Source: Ancylonema sp.
Lineage: Eukaryota
Direction: 5' to 3'
NCBI GenBank assembly: GCA_050230475.1
Contig: JBFLGF010000199.1
Span: 1 to 60,081 of the forward strand
DNA length: 60,081 bases
Shown here: piece by piece, positions 51,764 to 60,081 of the stretch
Position numbering within the stretch: position 1 is the first letter of the stretch
How the letters are laid out: every line of letters begins with the position of its first letter
The notes under the pieces: model-generated
What the model was told of the DNA's origin: nothing
The model's database searches: none
The model's input: only the letters and a program-made list of their open reading frames with translations
Program-made: the position numbers and the translations under genes

Positions 51764-54700
51764 ATGTCGGATAGGTCGCAAATCCCTCAATTTACTGGAG
51801 CTGATTATACAGGATGGGCCTTAAGGTCAAGTATGGGCTGGCGGATAAGAAACTGCACCGTGTTTGGTGATGGATTGGGACAGTTTGCCGCGAAAGTGTC
51901 GCCCAGACGTCGCGTAATCCGTCCATTGACACCTGATACCGAGCTGCAATTAGCCGCCAGGGGGATCGACGTGGATGTCGAAGTGTTGGTGCGACAACAG
52001 CAGATTTCCCAGCAGAGCAGCTGCTGGAGCTGGAGAAATGGGACGAGGATAATCTGATCTGGCTGCTATGTCGTCTTATATTGTGAAGCACCTGGGGCCA
52101 TCGGAGCTGACGACGCACGTCACTGACTGCACGACAGCTGCCGGAATGTGGGATGCTCTGCGGACATTCTACCAGGTGCAGGGTGCGATCGAGATCGCAA
52201 ATACAGAGGCATTGCTGAGCGCTATCATTCAGACGGAGGCAGAGGACCTCAACGTGTACGTGAAGCGTCTGCAGCAGCTGCACCAGGACCTTAAGAATTT
52301 GGGGGCGCCAGTATCTCCGACGAAGCAGGCGATTAATCTGCTAAATTCGTTGAACACGCATTACAGTCCGATGGTTTCAACGCTGATGCCATGGTCGGAC
52401 GTCGCCACACCTCGTTTCACGATTCCACACATCGTGAGTGCGCTGCTTCGCGACGACGTGCGGAAAGAGCTGAACGATCGAAAAAGGGGGGCGCTGCCCG
52501 GAGGACACCAGGCGCATTATGGTGGCCCTGGGGAGGGGAATGGAGCTGGAGGTAGCAGCAGATCTGGTGGTGCGACTGGAGCTGGTCGCAGAGACGCTGC
52601 AGGCGTCGAATGCTTCGGCTGCCACAAATTCGGGCACATCAGAGCGAACTGCCCTTCACCAGCATCTGGCGGAGGCCATGCGGGGCCATGGAAATGTCAC
52701 AGGTGCCACCAGGCAGGCCACCGAGCTGCTCAGTGCCCTGCGACATCACCAGCAGCTGGAAATGTTGCGCACGCTACTCAGGGAAGTTCAGGGGGGAGGC
52801 AGAAGTGCAGATATTGCAACATTGTAGGGCACACAATTGAACATTGTAGAAAAAGAACATCTGACATGGCTCTAATGAACCCAGATGCTGCTAGGAGGGC
52901 TGATGCACAAGCTAGACTTGCTCGCTTTGCTGACAAACCCTTCAACGCTAATGTGGATTATTTAGCTTTTGGTGCTTTCTCGTTCGATGTTGCCCGGGCA
53001 TTGTCTGCTGGTTTGGTTCTCACTCAGACTCCCTGATCCTGGATTCAGGTGCTACTGACCATATTTTCACGGCACGTGAACATTTTGTGGAGTACACACC
53101 TACCCTGAGCACTCAGAAGGCCTACATCACCTCTGCTGACGGCTCGTCACACACGGTGGAGGGCACTGGTTTCGTGCACATCCGAGTGAGGAATGGCGAC
53201 GCTTTCTTTGTGCAGCCACTCACCCAACCTTTGCCTGCACCCTCGTGTCGACATCGTGCCTCGTCAGGGTGGGCTGAGCTACAGCTGCCCACGGGTCCTG
53301 AATTAAACAAGGGAAATGTGAAATGGGCTGATGTTTGCAGTAGCCTAGTGGTCTGACTTTGCTTGCTGCCACAATCGTCCTGGATCTCATGATACAACAG
53401 CGAATTTGTCCACAGGCATGGTCTGGCATCACAAATTTGGGTCACCCCGTCTGATGTGATGTCAGATTTCGCCAGACGTGGTGACATCCCAGAGTTAAGT
53501 CAGGGAGAATTAACTGAAGTAAAGGGATGTCAGGTTTGTTGTCAGGGGAAGATGGATTCAGCTCAGTCATGCTAAGGTCCAGTCCGGATCTGGGGACATG
53601 CCCCAAGATGGGTCGCATCCCACCCCTTGGATCTCATTGGACCACTGTCTGTCAGGTCAGCTAACGGAGGGTATACATTATGCTCAGACAGGGATAGAGG
53701 TATCCACACGTCTGTCATTTGTCAGCTTGTTAAAAACAAAGGATGAAGCACTGAACCGAGCAAGAGTCACTATACAATTGCTCGAGGTCTAGTCAGGTCT
53801 GCCCCTACAGTCTATACGGATAGATAAGGGAGGGGAGTATATGTCTCAGGACTGGATAAACTACTGTGGGGGGAAGGGTATTGACAAGCAAACCACAGAA
53901 GCATATAGTCCTGAACAAAACGGAATCTGTGAAAGACTGAATTGACAGAAAAAATGCGATGCATATTAATCTATCTGGTCAGGTCTACCGAAGTCTTATT
54001 GGGATGTGGCATTATTACATGCAAACTGGTAAAGGAACAGAACACCCACTAAGTCACTTTCTGGGAAAATTCCAATTGAGGTCTGGGAGGGGAAGAGACT
54101 GACAGTTAATAAAAGTCATAATTTCGGGTGTCTGGTCCAATATCTGAAGGTTGGGGGGGGAAAGAACAGTCAAGGGGACAAGTTTGCCCCTCGTACTTGC
54201 TTTGGTGTGTTTCTGGGGATGGCTGCGGGGAGTGCAGGCTACAATGTTTTCGAACCCCATAGAGCGGGGGTGTCACGCATGGACGTGCGGTTCTTTGAGG
54301 AGGTGCCGGGGTACCCGAAGCTGATGGGGGGGAGAGCTCCCCAGATTCAGGAGGCAGCAGAAAAACACTTTTTCTACCTTTTCCCCGACCCTGAAAGATG
54401 AACCAGCTGCAGCAGTTGTCCAGCAGCAGCAGTCCACCCCAACATGCCAGCTGCCAGCTCCACCCCAACATACCAGCACCAGCAGTTATGCAACCGATGC
54501 CAGCAGTTCTGCAGCCAATCCCAGCACCAGCAGAAGCAGCAGTCCCTGAGCCAGCAGCTGCCATCGACTATCCGCACGACAACTTCCAGCCACAAGCTGC
54601 TGAGGTCCCTACCGCCACGATTGTGCTGTCTGACAGCCACCAGTCAGGGATCAACAACGCAGGAGGTGGAGATGCAGGGGAGGAGGAGGTGTGCAAAGGG

Positions 54701-56450
54701 GGTGCGAACCCAGGAGTGGGGGAGCCTGGCAGCGTAGCTGATCGGGTGATGGCTAGAAGGCGCTTTGCACAGTCGAGTATGGGGATCTCATGTGATGTGA
54801 TGGGGAGGAGTTTGATGACGCAGCACACGACAACTACTCAGCGACTGAGTGGGAGCCCAGCAGTTTCTACACTGGCTTCAACGGTCCTGTGGATCCGGGC
54901 TACGCGTGCGTAGCATCTAACAGCAACTCCTCCGAGCCACTCACCCTCAACCATGCATGATGAGGCCAGACTGGGACCAGTGGGACAGAGCCATTGTCGA
55001 AGAGCTCGCTGCCCTGGAGACGTTCAACACCTTTGAGGTGTGTGTGCTTCCTCCAGGTAAAAAGGCTGTGGGATGCAGATATGTGTTTAAGGTCAAAACA
55101 ACACCACAGGGGGATATTGAAAGATATAAAGTCAGACTGGTCGCACAGGGATTCTTACAGCAAGAAGGGTATTGACTTGCTTAATGAAGTATTTGCACCA
55201 GTAATCGACAGTTCACCCTTATCACCCTACTCCTCTCTATAGCCAACCAAGATGACTGGGAACTGGAACAGATGGACGTAATCACAGCGTTCCTGCATGG
55301 ACGTCTGGAAGAAGAAGTGTACATGAAAATACCACCCCGTATGTATATCAATGGGGGTGCTGAGGGAAAGGTCTTACGACTTAAGGGGGCTTTATACGGT
55401 CTAATACAGAGTAGCCACGTAGAAAGTTTATGATATCTGAAGGGTTTACACAATGCGTAATGGACACATGTATATATATGAGGGGGGACAGACAGCAGAA
55501 TCATACTGGGCATACATGTAGATGATCAGGTGATCACAGGTCCTAACGCAATGGTCGTCAAAACTTTTAAAGAAGATATGGGTAAAAAGTTCATAGTTAA
55601 GGATCTGGGTCCCCTAACCCATATCCTGGGGGTGGAAGTGAAGAGGGATAGACAGAGAAGACTGCTCACACTGGGACAGTCAGGTTTCTTAAGGGGGGTG
55701 CTCGAACGCTATGGGATGCATGAGTGTAATCCAACTAAACTCCCCCTCGCCCCTGGAACTCAATTTACACAGAATGCTGAACCAACTCCTTCCCCCCCCC
55801 TGAAGAAATAACAGACTTTCGTAGGGAAAGTGGGATCTCTCATATATGCCATGAAACAAACCAGACTGGACATCGGGTATGCACTTGGGGTACTGGCAAA
55901 ACACATGGGAAAATCCTGGGGTGGCACACATAAGGGCTCTACATCAACTATTCACAGATACCTTAAAGGGACTGTCAACCACGGATTGACGTTTGTGGGA
56001 AAGGACACATTTGAAGTAAAGGGTTACTGCGATGCATCATGGAACAGTTGTAGCATGACAGGGAAATCAGTCACAGGATGGGTAACCACGGTTGGGGGGA
56101 CAGCACTGTGGAAGTCCAGAAACAGTCAACTGTTGCACAGAACTGCTGGCTGAGTATATTGCTGCCTGTAGTGTGTCTAAAGAATGCTGTTATCTAAAGT
56201 CTCTCTTGAAAGAACTCAAATTCCCACACCAAATCACAATCCACACTGATTCAACCTCAGCTCTCTCCATGATCCAGAATCCTGTGCAAAGACAGAAAGA
56301 AAACATTTTAATGTGGTATATCACTGGGTACGGGAATGCCACAGCACGGGGAGACTAAAATATGTGTATCTTGCAGGCGCAAATCAACCAGCAGATATGC
56401 TAACTAAAGCTCTACCCCAAGTTTTTGGACCTGGACAGACACAGCAAAAG
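51764..56450 (+). pseudogene. Copia gag-pol polyprotein with multiple frameshifts and stops
   Basis: Gag FTGADYTGW, AAGMWDALR and three CCHC knuckles; protease ILDSGATDH (~53036); integrase CQVCCQGK, IRLDKGGEY, YSPEQNGICER; RT RYKVRLVAQGF, QMDVITAFLHG, HVDD; RNase H YCDASW, IHTDSTSA, ADMLTKAL. Confidence 0.95.
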
Positions 56451-57214
56451 TCTAGGTTTTGGACGGTTATACTGAACTGGGGGTGTCAGTCTTTTCTTTT
56501 ATTTTTATGATCGAAGGTTTCGAATGCCATGCATGTTGGCAGGGGGTGTGTTGTTTGTTTCTTTTCAGACAGAAGTAATGGGGAGGGTACACCAACTTCA
56601 GCTCATCCAGCTAAGTCACATTTTCACCCTTAATACCTTGAAAAAGACACTTGAAAACGCTTGAGGATACTTTAAAATCAGAAAGTGTGAATCTGCTCAA
56701 CTTTAAACTTGTCAGTTTGTTCTGAATTTCCGAATGTATGTTCTAATCATTGTTGCAAAACTTGTGTCAAAAGTTGGTGCTGATAGGACTGGTAATTTTG
56801 AAGTTATGCTGTTTTGAGATTTTTCTGACACTGGAAAGTGAAGTTGAAAAAGTTAAGAAATCAAAAATATTTTCATAAGTTTTTTGTTTTTTTTTCACTT
56901 TTTTTCATGTTTTTTGTTTTTCGCCTAACTTGTGGCATTTGTTTGTATGTTCAGGGCTCCGGCCCGAAAAACGACTAAGGATCTGGAGCGATCGTCTTCT
57001 GGAGTTCGGAGTTCCGATCGGCTTCCGATCGTCTTCCGATCGTCTTCCGAACGGCTGCATTTATTGATAGAAAACCCCTAGCACGCTTTTATGCTAGGGA
57101 AGACCAAACTGTTATATAGGTTATGCAATGGTTCTGCCATGATTTGGCAATGACTTGGGTACTCCTTTTGATGTCTGCATCTATGCCAACTTTAGCATGG
57201 CATCCGAGGGGGTG

Positions 57215-57668
57215 TGTTATAATATTTTGGATAGCCGTATGTTATGCGTGCTAGTCCAGTTGTAACCGGGTACTCTAACCGGGAGCAATATTCTAGATGT
57301 GCCTGTATGCGGGGCCGGGCAAGTTTGTGCCCGGGCGACATGTTTCCGACGCTTAGAGACGTTATTTGTTTGACGCGTCGCGATTGGTTTGTTTAGTCGT
57401 GTCAGAAATGTCCGGCATGTGGCGTTGACATGTAGAAGAGCTGTCAGTCAATGATAGGCCGACGGTCAATTGTGCCGACCGTCGGCACGCAACAATCTGT
57501 AAAGCGCATCGGGTATTACCATCCCCCCGATGCAATCACAATAACAATTCGTTCCACACACGCAACTCCTGTCTCGTTGATCATCAGTGATAGAGCCTTT
57601 TGCGTACGGTTCGTTTTGTCGCCCACCTAATTAATATTCCGGCACGTCTAATCACTCAAAAGCTTATA
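57215..57668 (+). repeat. Copia 3' LTR
   Basis: Direct repeat of 51051-51506, preceded by the PPT. Confidence 0.93.
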
Positions 57669-57964
57669 GGGGGTAGGACCAGGAATAGAAATATGATCAG
57701 CCTAGACCCTCAGCAGGTGGGAGACTTGGAAAGATCGAAATCGTAGGTGATGCTGTAGGGTAGCCAGCGACATGGGGCGGGGATCAGGACTGTCTTGAGG
57801 AAAGACAGCAATGTCAGCATGTAACTTTTTCATAAAGCGTATTGTTGAGTCAATCCTGCTCTGAATTGCACGGGCCTGCTCCGAAGCCCGCGTGCCTTGG
57901 AGTTCCAGGACGAAGGATGGGATTGTAAACGGTTTGAATGGTTCAGCCATGTTGTGATGAATGA

Positions 57965-58070
57965 AACGAAGCCGAATGGCTAATGGATGGGTGGGCTAAA
58001 ACTGGTAACCCGAAGCCGAAAGGGCTTATGAAGCCGAAATGGGCCAGAATTGAAGCCGAAATGGGCCTAC
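57965..58070. repeat. Short repeats in the leader of the outer LTR element
   Basis: gaagccgaa(a)tgg(gcc)-like motif occurs four times. Confidence 0.7.
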
Positions 58071-58152
58071 GAAGGGTCTGAAAACCCCGGAAGTGAAGAT
58101 CAAAGTAGCATGAAAACTGATTTGAAAATCACCAGTTATACTCTGATCGAAA

Positions 58153-58445
58153 TGTTAGAGTCGCATTAGCGGCGGCTCTAACTTATAGGAAAGCACTCAT
58201 TCACAAACACAAATACATACTGGAAGGGTTGAAAGTGCAAGTATGATATGAAGAAGAACATGAATTGATCAGAGTGCATAATGAGCACTCCTGATGGTAT
58301 AAATACTAGTCTGAATCTAGTATCGGAACTGAACTCCTTATAAAGGGAACTGAACATAAACTCGATAATAATAAAAAATTGGAAGTTAGGGCCTAAGAAA
58401 GGTCTAACTGATGATGAGGTCTAATAACCTAAATAAGGCCTAACA
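58153..58445 (-). repeat. 5' LTR of the outer element, ~90 bp shorter than the 3' LTR
   Basis: Matches 49069-49358, then ends cctaaca. It lacks the 49359-49448 segment, which is bounded by cctaa microhomology. Confidence 0.8.
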
Positions 58446-58879
58446 CCATTGCATTGCTTTGGAGTGTAACGGGGGGGGAAAAAAACATTACTTGGGGCCA
58501 TTGTGTGAGTGATCTTTTTAGGTGGGTGTGGGAGACTGCACATGGCTATTGTTTGGCAATGAACATTGCAGATATTGGATTCAGTCCGACACATTTAACA
58601 AATTTATTGTAATACACACCCAACACCAAAATTGAAATAAATAAAAATGCAACAGTCATAACTCGAAGCGTAAACGATGACTAGTATGGCATCATAATTG
58701 TTATACCACCCCGTGGTGGCACATGTATAACAACGATTTACTATCAATTATCCCTGATTGTAGGCAAGGAGGTAAGCAATGATAACGGACGGCATCTTCA
58801 CGTCGCCAAAGAGGGACCGAAGAGTTACTTTCTCTGAACCCTTCGGTACATCCTCATTTTTATCACACTCTTAAGTCCA

Positions 58880-59270
58880 ACCGCATGCTTAGTACAAAGC
58901 GGTGAAGTCTACCTCTCCAATGAGATCCGCAATAAAGGGATCCTCACTCTCCTCCTCGGTCTCTCCCTCTAGTTCATCGGCAACACCTTCCATACCCTCT
59001 GCCTATACATCCTCCGCATTGTCAACCTCCATGTCTACTCCCTCCATGTTCGGAAGGAACCTTGCCTGCTTTCTAATCATTAGAGAAACCTTTTTATTCC
59101 CACCACCATCATGCTTTTCTTTCACCGCCTTCCCTCGATTGATGTGCGCTCGGATGATGGCCATCTTTGTCACTCTATGGCACTTGAGTTGATTTTGTAC
59201 AGGGGTGTGATTGTTGCCCATGAACGACGAGAACCTTTCCTAAGCACTTGAATGCGGGTATAGGAGGAGT
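58880..59270 (-). pseudogene. Second degenerate hAT transposase C-terminal remnant
   Basis: The - strand reads PHSSA*ERFSSFMGNNHTPVQNQLKCHRVTKMAIIRAH (SSAxERxFSxMGxxHTxxRNxL pattern), followed by an acidic tail with stops. Confidence 0.65.
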
Positions 59271-60081
59271 TCATATATGTATTGTCGAATTGTGATGTCT
59301 TCGCCATCGCGTTGTTATCGAATTGTTGGATCTTTTCGCCTTTGCAACATATACTGATTTAAACCAATTTCAACTATCGATTATTAGGAAATTGCGATTG
59401 TGGGGTCTTTCTGTGCACTCTTGAGAAAGAGGGTGTATGGGTTTGTAAGATGGTCTAACACATTTAGGATGTGATTTAACCGTCAATTTCATTAGTTGTT
59501 TTTTTAGTTTAAAACTCGTCTTATAAAGACCGAGCGTCTTTTTTTTTATAGGATGAGATATATCATGAGAGCAAGAGTATTTTTGATGTACTTTGAATCA
59601 TGGTCTACGAACATTATGATGCCTTTTATCACTACTTATCCGAATCGTGAAATTGCGATAAGATATAGTGGTTATGGCCACATATTGTAGTCTTCGTTTT
59701 CCTTAGACATGTATGTGCATGAGACTAAAGAAAACGTATGAAGAGATAATGTACAAAGAAAACTAGCACGAACTCACAGTCATCGATGAACGGTTCGAAA
59801 AACAACATATATGCTTTGGTGTGAAACGTTATTTTTTATTCACAATTGACAGTTCCGTGATCCGCATCGTTCCGTGATCCGCACAAGGTAGGGTCAGAAG
59901 TGTTGAATAGCTCGGTGTCAATCTGGTTGTTTATTAAAGATAAATTGCACGGTGAAATGTTTTTCATTTGTTCCCAGATGCGTCTGCCATCTTTGCCCTG
60001 TAGCTGCATATTTCGAGATGGTCGGATTTGTGTGATCTAGAGGATTTTTCGGTGAGTCTTGATGTCCAATGTGCCTTTGGT

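Larger units (their letters stand above)
51051..57668 (+). mobile_element. Ty1/copia LTR retrotransposon, full-length but decayed
   Basis: LTRs at 51051-51506 and 57215-57668 (TGTTA..CTTATA). PBS GGTTATGGGCCCA at 51507-51519 and PPT GAGGGGGTG at 57206-57214. Flanks GGAGGT / GGGGGT. Domain order Gag-PR-IN-RT-RH. Confidence 0.96.
49069..58445 (-). mobile_element. Non-autonomous LTR retroelement (no pol), interrupted by a copia insertion
   Basis: Direct repeats at 49069-49450 and 58153-58445 (TGTTAG..CCTAACA). A G-rich PPT on the - strand (49454-49463) abuts the left LTR. The internal ~2.1 kb carries only a short ORF (57950-57702) and low-complexity Pro/Ala/Ser ORF remnants. No TSD found. Confidence 0.75.

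Noticed and set aside
48990..58445. DIRS/Ngaro-type split direct repeats
   Set aside because: No tyrosine recombinase or RT remnant in the outer element; the TG..CA ends and adjacent PPT fit an integrase-type LTR element.

Overview
Eukaryotic, intron-rich nuclear DNA, most likely from the green-plant lineage (a streptophyte alga or bryophyte is inferred from the gene content). GC-rich genes are separated by AT-rich, transposon-laden spacers. Three genes look intact, all on the - strand: a four-exon gene for an MBD-like (DUF7081-type) domain, six AT-hook-like repeats and a coiled coil (18815-22555); mitochondrial dihydrolipoyl dehydrogenase (28884-31898); and a SMARCAL1/HARP-type SNF2 annealing helicase with two HARP domains (39157-~47383). 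An inverted, now disabled second SMARCAL1 copy lies on the + strand (~3805-10413). Directly upstream of it is a diverged copy of the LPD 5'UTR and exon 1 that keeps the transit peptide and splice donor but has the FAD-binding motif deleted in frame. This looks like a chimeric, possibly mitochondrion-targeted helicase gene. The two helicase copies show patchy near-identity consistent with gene conversion. Mobile DNA includes a decayed Ty1/copia element (three-knuckle Gag, half-tRNA-type PBS) nested in a non-autonomous LTR element that has a Tf1-like self-priming signature. There is also a related solo LTR, two hAT transposase remnants, several hAT and Tc1/mariner-pogo MITEs, and a 63-bp minisatellite. 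All gene models were built by eye from splice signals and paralog comparison and need transcript confirmation.
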